Source: Guillardia theta CCMP2712
Taxonomy: Eukaryota > Protista > Cryptophyta
Assembly: GCF_000315625.1 (NCBI RefSeq)
Contig: NW_005434657.1
Span: 411,319-475,318, forward strand
Reading direction: 5' to 3'
DNA length: 64,000 bases
Part shown: piece by piece, positions 1-13,200 of the stretch
How positions within the stretch are numbered: position 1 is the first letter of the stretch
How the letters are laid out: each line of letters begins with the position of its first letter
Program-made: the position numbers and the translations under genes
The notes under the pieces: generated by a model
Told to the model about the DNA's origin: nothing
Databases searched by the model: none
Seen by the model: the letters and a program-made list of their open reading frames with translations, nothing else

Positions 1-1665
1 GGAGGAGGAGGAGGAGAACGGGCAGAAGCGAGAGCGAGAGGGAGGAGGGGGATATGGTATCATCATCACCACAAGCTTGAGGGTCCTCAAAGTCGGAGTT
101 TGTCTCCCACCTACAGCACCGTCATCTCCCTTCAAGACTTCATCCTGCGCTCACCCCCCAGACAGGGCAGGCTGCGAAGGCGCAGGAACGAGCTGAACGA
201 GCCCCTGATCTTGATGCTCGTCGCTCTGCCCGCTCCGTTAACTTCCCACAGGCAGCAGCCGCGATCAGGCAGTAAGTTTCACCGCTTGCAGTTTCTCAGC
301 AGGGCCATGTTGAACTGGGGGAGGGCAGGGATGAGCGAGGAGGCGGACGGAGAGGAAAGGATGGGCGCTTGCCTTCTCGTGATCGCTTGTGATGTCTACG
401 TTCTGCACATTCTCTGTAGCAGCCGCCCGTCATCGTCCATCAAACATTCCAGGTGCCTCTCACCTAGGATGTTCTGAATGACCTCCCTCCAGTTCCGACA
501 GCAGAACGAGCAAATCTTGAAGCGCGATCATCAGTCGTAGCCTCTCATTCTCCTCCAACCCTCCCCTCCCCATCGCCTCCTCCTCTCCCTCGTCCTCAGA
601 GCAGTACCAACAGGTCCGGAACACGAAAGTATGCGAGCAGTTTACAGAACAGATCGTAGGACAGCAGCTCGAACGGGCATACCCTGCCACACAGTCATGC
701 CCAGTAGCGTGCAAGGCACTCCCCGGACCTCGACGATGGCACTTGTGAGGCGGGACCAGCAGCCTCCTCTTGCTCGTGGTGAGGGTTGGCGCTGCTAGAA
801 GGGACGAGAGAGAATTTTCAACCTTGCGGGTTCTACTTCACAGATCGTACCTCGGCTCAATCGTCATCTCCATTAGGATGTTTGCAGCCCTTTCGACCTG
901 ACAGCAACCAAAGGTCGTCATGGCAACATCACCGCCAACTATCGACAAGAACAGCTGCAACTGCATCTCCATCGTCATCATCTCAACCATGATATCAACG
1001 CATCAAGACTCTAATCATCGTTCTGATTCTTCTCGTCTTCGTTCTCGAATATCACCATCTGGATTAGCAACAAGATGTACAACTTTATCCGCATCTTATC
1101 GTGGCCATCACGATCCTGATCATGATCGAACAAGATCTCGTCTCATGGCATTGCCCGCAACATTATTCCCACTCTCATCTACATCAAAAGCTTATCTCAT
1201 TGCATCGCTCACATTCCATTCTGTTGACTGCAGAACTGAATTTAGGATGTCGACATCAACCGCTGTAGTCAATGTCAGAGCATGAGCAAGCATACTCAGC
1301 TTGATCAGCGCAGGTACATGGAAAGATCGCCGCCAAGTCTCTCAGGCATTCTGGACACGTCAGGTCAGTGCTCACGTCTGGCCGCAAGGAGAAATCGAAG
1401 TGGAGAATCAAAATCAGTGCATGTCCCGCAATTCATTGGAATGTGATTAACACACTGATCGGGTGCGCTCTGAAGATATCATCAAGACATCCAATAGCAT
1501 CACACCTCAGCAGCCTCCTCCCTCTCACACCCAGCATGCCGTTCAGACCATCGAGACGGCATCGTTGCATCACCTTCGTTCACCTGCTCCCTGTCTCTGC
1601 CCCTCCTCGCCGCCTCCTCTTCATCTTTGAACTTGATTCGCTCCGTCCTAGCATGGCGGCCCATG
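1..1665 (-). CDS. Possible multi-exon hypothetical protein running off the left end
   Basis: Short minus-strand coding-like segments (e.g. 460-714, 1500-1665) are separated by GT..AG-like boundaries. No recognisable domain. Confidence 0.25.
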
Positions 1666-1830
1666 TTCCCAGGATGCCGGGCCCGGTATCGTCGTGGCCA
1701 GTGACTGAGTAATGGTCTCCGAACCGGGCCGGGCCGCCGGGCCGGGCCGCCGGGGAAGTGTACAATCACCTTTGCGTTTTACTACTAATCGGTGCCGCTT
1801 TACTGCAAGAGTTCCGCGTGACCGATCACG
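1650..1830. other. GC-rich palindrome-dense intergenic module (CCGG/GGCC/GTGAC/GACTGAGT)
   Basis: gaaccgggccgggccgccgggccgggccgccgggg and gtgactgagt. The same vocabulary recurs in other intergenic regions. Confidence 0.6.
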
Positions 1831-1849
1831 AGGGCCATTTTTGCCAACA

Positions 1850-3790
1850 GGGGTCATATCCTATGAACTTCTGGGGGTGGGGGTTGGCGATCATGGTCTG
1901 CTGGTGTATGGGTCGCAAATGCAATTGGGGTACATAAAACCCAGTTATATAATCACCCACCCCTCCTCATGTGTGTGGAAGGTATTAATTACACCGGTGG
2001 CACCTTTACAATAGCTGTTTTAACACTGTAGGCTGACCCACCTATGGAATGATGACCCCTTGTCCGTAACCCTCCACTTACCCTACCCCCCATTTTTGGT
2101 TCATCTAGCCTCCACCCCTGCGGTCGCTTATGTAGCACGTATCCCATGTCGCAAATGAAGTCAGGTTTGCCGATCACCCCCACCCACTAGCAAGCAGTAC
2201 CTCTACCCTCTCTTAATCTGAAAAGTACCTACCCTTCTCAGAATATCATCCCACCTCAGTGATGAATTACGGATCAACACCCCGTTTCTTCGTAAAAGGG
2301 ACTGGCTACCCCCACCCCATGTTAGGAACCTTGCAAGGAACGAGTTGGGAAGGGGGTGGGGTCCAATGATAAGTCGCAATGAAAAAGTGGATCAACCGGG
2401 TGTACCACCCCCTCTTTTCACCCTCCCTAAAAATTGGAATCCCAATTTATTGGGTATTTTCAGTATACATAATGTATTTTCGTGATGATATTTCAAACTT
2501 TCATGCACTCATTCTGTGATACTCAACTTTCCCAAACAAAAACAAAAATAGTTTTAATATTTTTATGGTACCAAGATTTCTGAACATATTATACTATATC
2601 ACTGAATAACATTTTTAAACTCGAACAGAATCCTGTACAATCCTGGGATCCCTGACTCTATAACTCTTCTGTACCAACTTGTTTTACCTCTTACAAGTTT
2701 CCTCCCTATCATCGGCTTTTAAAATTGTACCAGAATAACCAATTCTTAAAATCGTTTTTAAAACAGGAAAGGCGTCATGCCTTCCCCGCAGTCACAATTC
2801 TCCACCCCGATCAAGACTACCCCGACTACCCCAACCCCCTTGGGTACGTGGTACCCTACCCCCAGCACCAAAGCAATATCGTACCCACCCTTTCCTACCC
2901 GACCCAAGAGGGGAAATTGATCACCCGTACATCTGACCAATTTTAACCCCTCTTGAGGATATTTCTTCTGTACCCCACCACAGGATTTCCCCGAACTTCC
3001 TTCTAGACCCATCCTTTCTTGTGTCCACCCCCTTTGGAAGTACCCTACCAATGAGTTCCCTAATCATTACAGGATCATAGCACCCACAGAAGGACCCACC
3101 CTACATCGCTCAACCCTACCCCATAAACTCCAAGGACTACCCCAGTGCTGATGGTTGAGCCTCACCTTAGCTTTCTCTCCACCCCCACTGTTGTATTTTC
3201 ATCTAGCAGAAGGGGGGTACTCACAACAGTCACAACGAGTAGTTCTCTACCCATTGTATTCCCAGTAAAAGTACGGGTCTATCAAGGCTTTTCACCATGA
3301 AATTGTACCCCTACCCCATGAACAAAGAGTGTTGTACCCACTCCGAGTACAAACTCACTACCCACCCTTCGTTACCCTACCCAGACCCATTCACTAAATT
3401 CTATGGACCCTACCCATACAGATCTCCCCAATCACCCCACCCTATCAAATCATGCACACCACCCCAACCCCCGTCACTGGACTGAACCTTCGTCCCATGG
3501 ATCTTTATCCTCCTCTTTCGCACTGCCCCCCCGCCCTTCATGGCTCCGCACCCCTCCCCGACCTCCCCAGATGCTTCTACCCCCACCCCCAACACCCTCC
3601 GGACCATCTGCCTTCACTCCTCACCCTCTATCCTCTCCTGCCATCGACTCCCACCCCCTCCTCTTCTCTTCCACCCCCTTGTCTGGGTCGACAACCTCCT
3701 ACCCCTACACCACGTCCTACCGCATCCTACCTCTCCATGTTCCACCCCGATGCTGCCAGCTAGCATGGATGACATCGACTTAGTTTTATA
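1850..3790. repeat. Degenerate TACCC/CACCC-rich low-complexity tract with an AT-rich core (about 2440-2760)
   Basis: Dozens of ctaccc/cacccc/gtaccc words, mostly on the + strand. No credible ORF. Confidence 0.6.
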
Positions 3791-4184
3791 ACCTGACTCC
3801 TTCCCTGCTCCCTCCAAACCACCTATCGCTGCTTCATTGCTCCTCTACACTTTTCATCCGCCTCTGAGCTCAATCCTAGTTGTCATTGTGGATTCATACA
3901 AGGTTCCCCGTCAGCGTCTTGCGTGTGCCATGCCATGCCATTGCACTGATGGCAGGAGAGACGCGTTGATGTCGAGAGAGGAATGAGTTTTCGACTTGAG
4001 CGCGAGTAGAAAGTAACAGGTCTAGCTGCTCAGTTTGTTGGACGACAGCATGATGCGATGCTTAGCTTTACCCTGTGCTGCGTCTTCTGACACGTTCTGT
4101 GATCTTCAGGTTCTCAGTCAAAACTCCCTCTCTGCCACACAGCCTAGCAAGAAGGAGCTTTGTTGCTGAACGGCCGAGTTCACT

Positions 4185-6160
4185 ATGTGTGGATTCTTCA
4201 GAACGCCATTGCTGGTGGTGTCCGCTCTGTGCATCTCGGGCATCGATGCCTTCTCGCACACCGGGGCCTTCCACCAGGGGCTTGCGAGGTCAGATGCATG
4301 TCGCTGTGCGAGGCGTACGATGACGCGGATGCTTCAGGCCCACTCTGCGACGCGCCAGGTTGTCGACCTCGAGGCACGCTACCATGACGCAGACGGCTCC
4401 GAGCAACACCAGGTGAGCTCGTCGCCATGGCATGGGAAGGAGGGACTGATGGTGTGGACACAGGCCTCCTGTGGGACTCGTTGATCTCCTCACTAAGTAC
4501 GCGTGGGGACAGCAGGATCCGGGCATCCCCCTGCCGATCAAAGCGATCCCTGGGCAGGTAGAGCGAGAGCGAGGAGGGTGACGGCGATGTAACGACCGCA
4601 ACAGCCTCCCGAGCCAACCAACGCCGTGACAAAGGAGCACCTGGAGACGCTCTACCGCGACGGCGTCGTTCACATCCCGGGAGTGCTCGACGAGAAGTGG
4701 GTGGAGTACCTCCGAGCGGTGAGGCCCCGCCGATGGCTGCCCGGCGTCGACTGACTGACCTGCGTCATGACAGATCACAGACTGGCAGATCGAGAACCCG
4801 CACATCTGGGCTGTTCCAGGTAGATGCTGACGTCACCTCCTGGCGATGGATCGCATGCTGACCTGTTGGGCAGGCGTTGCCTCCGGCCTGTACGACTACA
4901 TCCAGAGGTCCGCGTGGACGACCAACACAGGCATCTCCTCCTGCAACTTGTGATGCCGCTGGGCTGACGGTAGTTGGACAGGATTCGCTGATTTCTTGTA
5001 CTATAGTCCTGTCGCTTCAGTGCTGGGAGAGGTAGAGGCGCTGCTCCCCCATGGCTCGTCGGCTGACTCCCTTGCAGATGGCCAAGTGCGGATGGTTCCC
5101 CGAGGGAGACAAGAGGTGAGATTCTCCCCTTGCTCCCCCCCAGTCCCCATGTGCTCTCCTCCTCATGCTCTTGCGCTCGCCCCTGTCCCTCCTGCTGACG
5201 CTCTCCCCAGGGGTTTCCACGAGATCCGCATCTCCACCGACCTCCTCATGGTCAACCCGAACAAGGGCTTCAAGTGGCACCAGGACAACCAGAACGGACC
5301 TCTGACCTCGGGCCATGGCGGCAAGCTCGACGCCCTTCGGTTCTGGGTGACCCTGGACGAGACGCCTCCTGACTACGGCGCTCCTGTCTACCTCCGCCGG
5401 TCCCATCTGAACGAGTACGTGGGCAAGGACGAGGTGTTTGTGAACCTGGAGGACGGGGATCTCCCTCAGTTCGCCGAGGACGTTGTGGAGTTCCGGCCGA
5501 AGCCCGGCGACATGCTTATCTGGCACCCTCGTTCGATCCATAAGGTCGACGGAGCTCCCAACGGAGACTGGGGAGGGCGCAAGCGTCGGGTGCTGGGAGG
5601 GACTGTGGCGATCGACGACGCCCAGTACCAGGGGAAGAAGAAGGCTCTCTTCTCCGACATGGGCAACCACAACCTCAAGCAGGGGGATCCGCTCAAGTCG
5701 CCTTTCTTCCCCATCATCTACCCGCAGTCCGACCCTTACGAGAGGGAGTTCCGCGCGCAGGGCAAGGTGCGAGCGTGAGGAGCGGCAGGGGAGCATCTGC
5801 TGACTGGCGAGCAGGTCGGAAGGTCGTTCGGAGGATTCACAAGAATGGTCAAGTCCTTGTTCACCACGGAGAACCTGACGCAGTTCAGCTCCTGGTCCAA
5901 GGTAGGAGGAGGAGGAGGAGGAGGAGGAGGAGGAGGAGTTGATGAGTGTCGAGCAGGTTGTGCAGAATGCGAAGAAGGTTGCCGAGGTCAACGAGCCCTT
6001 CCTGTGGGAGAAGCAGGCGAGAACGATCGTCAAGGTTCGTCCCCATGCTGCCTGCTCGGCTTGTTGCTCACTGAGGGGACAGGAGGAGTACTCCAAGGCG
6101 CTGGCAAGGCAAGGAGCTGCTCTTCAGAAGTTCGAGGAGCTTCTCGGAAGTGGGAAGTGA
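4185..6160 (+). CDS. Phytanoyl-CoA dioxygenase (PhyH)-family Fe(II)/2OG dioxygenase, multi-exon, probable bipartite plastid presequence
   Basis: Motifs YRDGVVHIPGVL, FKWHQD (HxD), FWVTLD and PGDMLIWHPRSIH. The N-terminus MCGFFRTPLLVVSALCISGIDA|FSH is a signal peptide followed by Phe. Confidence 0.8.
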
Positions 6161-6657
6161 AAGGGAGGGGAAGGTAGAGGGAGCAAGTGAGAATGTTTTT
6201 GTGATTTAGGAGGAGAGGCGGCGGCGCGGGGAGAGGAGGGCAGGGACATGTTGGGGGGGGCCGTTTCCGAGACTGTGAGCATATAAAATAAAAAACAGCA
6301 AGACAAAGGAAAATAAGGAAGGAGGAGGAGGAGATAACATGGCTTGTCTTGATGTGCATAACTGGTCAGATTCTGAAACGAGGACTGCAGCAATGCAAAG
6401 AGAGGGAGGAGGAGGAGGAGGAGGATCAGCAAGTTGGAGGAGGGAGAGGAAGCACATCAGTGACAAGGACAGGAGACTCGAGTAAAAGTTCCTTCCGACA
6501 TATCGCAGTAACGGAGCGAAGCGCACACGCGTTTCCATTTAGATTTACGTGTGACCTGAAAGCACTCGCTGCAATCTCTCTGACGATAACAGATGATGAT
6601 GAGACGTGTGTCCTGATTGGCTCTGATGATGAATCCTCAGACGAGGAGCTATCGACC

Positions 6658-7178
6658 TCACGCAAGTGAGAGCAGGTAGCGCGCGTAAGGGGAGAGCGCG
6701 ACGTCTCTGTCCGCTGCCGTCCTGACGAGCCTGAGTAGACGAACGTCCTCCTGCTGGCAGTACGTTGGCAACCGCTCTCTTGCAAGCTCCGATATGTCGA
6801 AAGACTGCAGGAGGATCTCTACCAAACAGTCCTCGACCTTGCGGTCCCGCTCTCGGAACCTGGACAGCAAGTCAGTGGGGAGGAGGAGCAGACCATCGGG
6901 TACCCCAGCAAGACTTGGCACGAGCCGTTGGCAAGGGTGTCGAGAGTCCTGAAAGGTCCTATGAGCCGTCGCATGCGAGAAGAGGCACGACTAGGAAGGA
7001 GAGGGGAGGGGAGGGAAGGGGAGGGGAGGGGAAGGGAAGAGAAGGAAACTTTCACAAGACATCGCCAGCAGGGCGGGCAGTCACACTTACCTTGTCAAGG
7101 GTCCGATGCTCTTCTCGCTGTAAACGCACTCGCTCGCTATAATGAAATCATATTCCTCATAATTGCCGGGCAAGCGCA

Positions 7179-7243
<65 letters not shown>

Positions 7244-8351
7244 CCTGATTCCTCAAACACCTCTGACATGGTATCCCCCCACCGCAGCGTCCTCAAGCAC
7301 CACCGGCAGCCTCTGCTCGCGTTCTCGCTCAAGTTCATCTTGGCCAGCCGCAGGGCCTCACGAGAGACGTCGGTCGCTGTGACCTCCGCCCCTAGCAAGC
7401 AGGCGACCACCGACGGCACTCCCGTCCCCGCCCCAAGCTCGAGCACCCTCCTGCCCCGGAGGCTGGAGCACGAGTGTATGTCTACGAGAGACTCTGCCAT
7501 CACCATAGCCACGTCCCACAGGCTACCTCCAGTCCCCGTGCTCTTTGGGTCCTCATAGCACATCACCCTGAGCGAGCAGACTGAGCTGCCTGCCTGCCCC
7601 CCTGCAGCCTCCATCCCTCCTCCCCTGTGTAGCACGATCTCTCTCCTGCTCAGCGCGCTTGCTCCTTGCGGGTGCCCCGCTCCCCCCTCCCCCCCGAAGT
7701 CGAAGACGATGCAAGGCGACACCAGCTCCATGATCAGCCCTCCTCCAGGGTTCTGCGTGCCCCCGGCCTCCTCCTCCCCTCCCTCCCCGGCTCGCACGTC
7801 GGTCACGGTGAACAGGAGCCTGTACCCCTCCCGCGGCCTCACCCGGGCGCTTCCGGTTACCTGAAGCCGCACCCAGCCCCTGAAGCATCCTCCTCCGTCG
7901 AAGTGAGGGTCGTGCATCTGTTCCTTGTCGTCTCGGTCTGCCAGCAACTGGACCTGCATGTGGCTCGTCTTGACCTGAGGCCTTCGGAGGCCGTTCGCTT
8001 CCACCCTGCCAAGAAGTCAACTCGCCCTCCAGTCAACCAGCCTCCACCCACATGACACTGAGAACGTACTGCTCCAGCTCTCTCCGGGCACGAGCTCTCC
8101 TGCTCTCGCCCTGACCTTCGAGCTCGTTCACGACCTGCTCGTATCCTCCCGTCACTTCCTCCTCCCTCCCTCCCTCCTCCACTTACGCTCTCTCCGAAGT
8201 CCGTCACGAGCTGAAGCGAGATCTGCCGTGCTACCCCCACGTGCAGGACCTTGGGAGGAGCATCCAGGAAGGAGATGCGCCAGTTTCGGCATGTCCAGCA
8301 GTCTGCCCGCGAGGGGGAGGAGGAGAGAGGTTGAGCTTCGACCTGAGCCAT
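6658..8351 (-). CDS. METTL21/Methyltransf_16-family protein methyltransferase with an N-terminal extension
   Basis: TGGSLWDVAMVMAE, VLELGAGTGVPS (motif I), VTATD, LRWGD, YDFIIASECVY. Confidence 0.85.
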
Positions 8352-8645
8352 GTTGGAGGCGAGCGGAGCGGAGCTCCCGCTGCTGTCACAGCGTCCCCTC
8401 CGCTCCGCTGCTGTCACAGCGTCCCTCCTCTCATGCCCTCTTCTCGTCCTCCTCCTCCTGTTCCCTCTTCTCCTTCTCCTCTATCCTCTTCTTTCTTCTC
8501 TCCTCCTCTTTCTCCTTCCTCCCTCCGCCTCCTCCTCCTTTCGCCCCCTGTGTTCGCTTCCCATTCCCCGACACAGCCCTCGTCCCCGCTCAACAGGGGG
8601 GCGAATCGTGTCTGGAATCGTGTCAATATCTGTCGATATGAAACA

Positions 8646-11029
8646 ATGGAGGGAGGAGGAGGACGTGGAGGACGTGGAGGACGTGGAGGACGTGGAGGAC
8701 GTGGAGGACGTGGAGGACGTGGAGGGAGGAGAAGCAGAGGGAGAGAGGAAGGCAGGCAGGGAGGCAGCGGGATAGCAGGGCAGGCTTAGAGGAGGAGGGA
8801 AGGGAGGAGGAAGAGGATCCCCATTGAGGAGACGTAGCAGGTGAGCTTGACAAGAGGCGGGTGAGTACGAGAGTGAAGAGGCGTTCGTCTGATGAACATG
8901 AGCACATGCGGATCTTGATGAGTACAAGAGTGCACAAGCGCGAAGAGCTTGTCATGATTTGTGTCGGCAGGTCATGGAGGGCGACTTTAGGGCTGTCGAG
9001 GACGACGGGTGGGGGCCTTACGGTCGTGAAACTTCTCTTGTGCACCCACGTCCTCCTCACGAGCTCCTCGTCTTGCAGGTTACAGCATCTTGTACAAGCA
9101 TCAGATCAGGTGTTGGAGGAGGAGGATGTGAACGAGTGGAACGAGCGCCTGACATGCAGCCAGCCTCCTGTCATCCATCGCCCTCTGCTCCCTCCTCTCC
9201 ACCAGCTACGTGGCATCCCTCTACCTCTGGCGGGTCTGCTGGACTGGCCGGGGAGCCTCGTGACGTCTGCATGCTCAGGATGCGCTGAAGATTCCCCGCA
9301 ACCACCCGACCTCGATCCGCCAGAGGATCGTCAGGTGGGGACGAGTAGGAGGAGCTGGCGTGCGAGTCTGACGGAGCTGTCAAGTGTCTCCGTCGTCGCC
9401 CTCCTCTCCCCCGCTGTTGTCTGCTGCTTCCTCGATGGAGGTCAAGGTGGACTGCTGACGTCTCGACACCTGAAGAGTTTCATCGCCCAGGGAACTGCAA
9501 CATGGACAAGATCTTGAGGGTAGTCGGCCTCAAGAACGACGATGGTTTCTCGCTTGTATGTAGATTTTACCCTGTGCCTTCGCCTTGCAGTCGCTCTGAT
9601 GATTGCTTCTCCCTCCTCCCTCCTCCCCTCCCCCCTCTGCTCTCTTCACTTCTCCTTTTTCTCCTTCTCCCTTCTCTGCTTTTCTCTCCTCCGTTGTCTG
9701 CTTTTGTTTCCATCTCCTTCCTCCTCCCTCCCTCATCCGCCCCCTCCTCCATCTCCTCCATCAGATCGCATGGCGTCCAGTCCTCCTCATCGTCTCCTTG
9801 TTCTTCGGGCCTCTGGTGTGCTGACGTCCTCCTTCCCACCCTGCCCTGACGCAGAGACAACCAGGTCCTCAACCTGACGGACCTGCTCCTCCACAGCTCC
9901 TGGAGGTGTTTCAGTGCTGGTGGGATGCGAACAGGGTGACGGATGCTGAACAGAGAAGAGCTCTCATCGTTCTCCTGGACCATGCCGGTCACCCAGGTCA
10001 GCCCTCCCTCCCTCCTCCCTCCCCACCTCCCTCCCTCCCTCCCTCCCTCCTCCCTCCTCCCTCCCTCCCTTCCCTCCCTCCCTCCCTCCCTCTCTCCCTC
10101 CCTCCCCTGCTTCCCTCCCTCCCTCCTCATCCCTGTCTTGTTGCAGGTCAGGAATCTCATCGTTGGCCCAGTCACAGAGGAGATCGTCTTTCGTTCCTGC
10201 ATGCTCCCGCTCCTCCTCGTAAGGGACCTCACGTGTTTCCCCTCCCTTCCTGACGGAGATGCAGGAGGCAGGGATGAAACCTGGCCTTGCAATCTTCATC
10301 TGCCCCTTGTTCTTCGGTGAGCGTCACGTTGCGATCGGGAACGGCCTGCCATGACGTCGAGCACGCCAGGATCAGCGCATGTTCACCATGGGTATCAGCT
10401 AATGCTGGAGGGCCACATGAAGAAGTGAATTAGCTCAATGATGTCATGGCAGTGTTTCCTCTGACTTGTGTTCTCAAGGAACGTCGCCATCATCGTCATC
10501 TTTCAGGTCCGTCAATCCCTGCCCATGAGAGGCTGACCCGCCGCGTGTCGAAAGTTCTGCTTCACCACAGTCTTTGGGGCCTTCGTTTCCTACGTGTTCC
10601 TGCGCACGGGACAGCTCCTAACCATTATCTTGTGTGTCGACTCGTCTCAACTCTACAAGGCTCCCTCACTCGTTCTTGCTCAGGATACACTCGTTCTGCA
10701 ACATGATGGGCTTTCCCGCCTTCAGCGAGATGTTCTCTCATGCTTATCGATGGGTAAGGGAGGAGGAGAAGGAGAGGGAAGGAGAGGAGGAGGAGGGGGG
10801 GAGGGGGAAGGGAGGAGTAAGGAAGGTAGGACGGGAAGGAAAGGAGGACGGCGGGAAGGGGAAGGGAAGGGAGGGAGGGAGGGAGGGAGGGAGGGAGGGA
10901 GGGAGGGAGGGAGGGAGGGATGGATGTTTCGATTTGGACGTCGCTCTGACTTCCTATCAGCTCATCTGCCCCTGTCTCGTCGTTGGTCTCTTCGTCTTTA
11001 TCAGAATGTTTGGTTCATGGACCATCTGA
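8646..11029 (+). CDS. RCE1: CAAX prenyl protease 2 (Rce1), multi-exon; start uncertain
   Basis: Exons encode SYVASLYLW, RNHPTSIRQR, RNLIVGPVTEEIVFRSCM, FGSAHVHH and HSFCNMMGFP (the catalytic EE/H/H/N motifs). Confidence 0.85.
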
Positions 11030-11397
11030 GCCCATCGACAGAGCTACACTCCTCCTGTACATGTAAATTCTCAACATGATTCTCTGGCGCAGTTCTGGAT
11101 ACATGACACATGTAGAAGTAAAAACCACAAGACACCGAGGGGCCTTTCCCTTAACACACATGTATGCGATGCACTTTAATCCTCTCTTTGAATATATTTT
11201 ATAGCAAGTTTCACCTATACAAGGCAAGCAGCGTCTGCCTGCTGGCACGTCAAGAGAAATCCGCGAGGGCCCGTCGGTCTGGATTTACGCTGAACCCAAA
11301 CAAAGATGCGAGATAACCACAGCCTCAACAAAACGAGCAAAATCTGCAGCGCACGTTGAGCAAAGGACGAATCAAGGCAGGACTGAGGATTCACCTC

Positions 11398-11847
11398 TTA
11401 ACGACGAGGAGCTCCGCGTCCGCGTCCACGTCCTCTTCCTCTTCCACGTCCTCCACGTCCCTGTCCTGGAGCGGAGGCCTGCGGGTTGTGAGTTGAGGTC
11501 ACACCAAGGAACCTCGCCATCACCTTTCCCATCTTGTGCTTCGGCGCGTCCTCGACGAGCAGAGTGTCGAGGTTGAGGTTGTCAGGCAGCAGGTAGTAGC
11601 GGATGTTGCTGCCACGGATGGAGAGCTGCTCGAGAGGGACAGGGGTCTTGTTCCTCATTGTTAATTTTACAGCTTTAAGATGCGTGTTCATCGCCATGTC
11701 AATACCTAGACGAAAACAAGAGGTCAGGGCTGGACATCAGGGCATGACGATCGTACCAACGATGGTTCCATGAACAACAGAACCATTCTTCAACTCGATC
11801 GTCACCGTTTCGTTATTTAGCTTCATCAAGAAACGAACGAGCTTCAT
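11398..11847 (-). CDS. SNRPD1: Small nuclear ribonucleoprotein Sm D1
   Basis: [22 protein letters not shown]...[11 protein letters not shown]...[23 protein letters not shown], with a C-terminal GR repeat and two short introns. Confidence 0.95.
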
Positions 11848-13094
11848 CTGTTCAGAACGAAATCAGTTTCCCACATCGAGATGCTAGTCACGGCACAGAC
11901 ATGGCCAAGAAAATTCCCCAGCAATTCTCATAGCTCGCAAATGATACAGAGAAAGATAGATATGTCATGCAGCAACGCTCAATGTTATTAGCGAGTTCTC
12001 TCGATGCAATCGGGTGAACAAAAAAACTCGTCTGCTCTTCAATCATAAGAGGATCATAGCTCTGATTGGCAGTCACAAGCAAACAATCTGAACGCTAAGT
12101 ACTCCATGTTCAGTTCAACTTCACTGAGATTCAAGAAAAGTCTCCATTCTTTCCAACACCGTCATCATCACAGATACCAACGGTCATCTAAGATTTCAGG
12201 TACATGTTCAACTAATCCGCCCAAAGCAATAATGGTACAAATATGATGTCGTCTCCTTCTAGCAAGGATTCAATTCGTTCCCTATGACACAAATCTTTCT
12301 CCTCGCTTAATCACGCTGACTTGATATCTCTCCATCTCAGCTTCACTGAAACTCCTAGTCGTTGAAAAATTTGTCTCCCCTCATTAATTACCAACACATC
12401 TTAGTGTTCTTCACTCTCCCAACTTAAACCTCTCTTGGTACTAGCACTCCTCGCATTGCTCCTCCATTCGACACGCATACAAGATCCATCCATCTACGTC
12501 CCAAGGTAAACGTGTGGAATCCTTTGATCTCTTTGCATCTTGCTCTTCAGCTGCTGCTGCATCTGGCTGTTCGGATCAATCTATACTCGTTGGTCTCAGA
12601 CTCTCGCTCTGTCTAGCTTCCATCTATACACAAGAAACCATGAAATCCTCCATTCGCTCCTGATCCTGCTCCTGATCCTGCTCTGAACTCAAGGATCTTC
12701 TGACGCTGCATGGTATACTGCTCTATTCCTTTCAACCACAACTCAAACGTACCATGCTAGATTACATACATCTCTGAACACTCTTCTGATCTCCTCCCTC
12801 GCTCCCTTATTTCCGCTCTGAATCATATCAAACCCCCTCCTGCTGTCCCTTCCCCTCCCTTCTTGCCACTGTTCCACCTTCTCTCTCCCTCTCCTCCCCC
12901 ACAACTCGAACATCTCCTCAGGCCATGCCACCTCATCCACCTATCCCTTCCTCTCCCTCCCTCCCTCTCCCTCCCTCTCCCTCCTCCTGCCCGTCCCCCT
13001 CCTCCTCTTCTGTTCCTCCCGCCATCGCGCGGCAGAGGATCTGCCTCGTGCCTGCAACCGTTACATTTCCAACTGTCCGTTACATCTTACCAGC

Positions 13095-13200
13095 CGTTGT
13101 GGCACCGGGGCCCGGGCGCGGCCCGGCCCGGCCGTCACGCGGCTACGGTGAAAATTAAGGTGTAACGGTCACGGTTACAAGTTGGTGGCTGAAGAGACGG
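13095..13200. promoter_or_regulatory. GC-rich palindrome module between divergent genes
   Basis: ccggggcccgggcgcggcccggcccggccgtcacg...ctacggtgaaaatt...acggtcacggttac lies between the 5' ends of SmD1 and the next gene. A regulatory role is inferred from position only. Confidence 0.4.
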
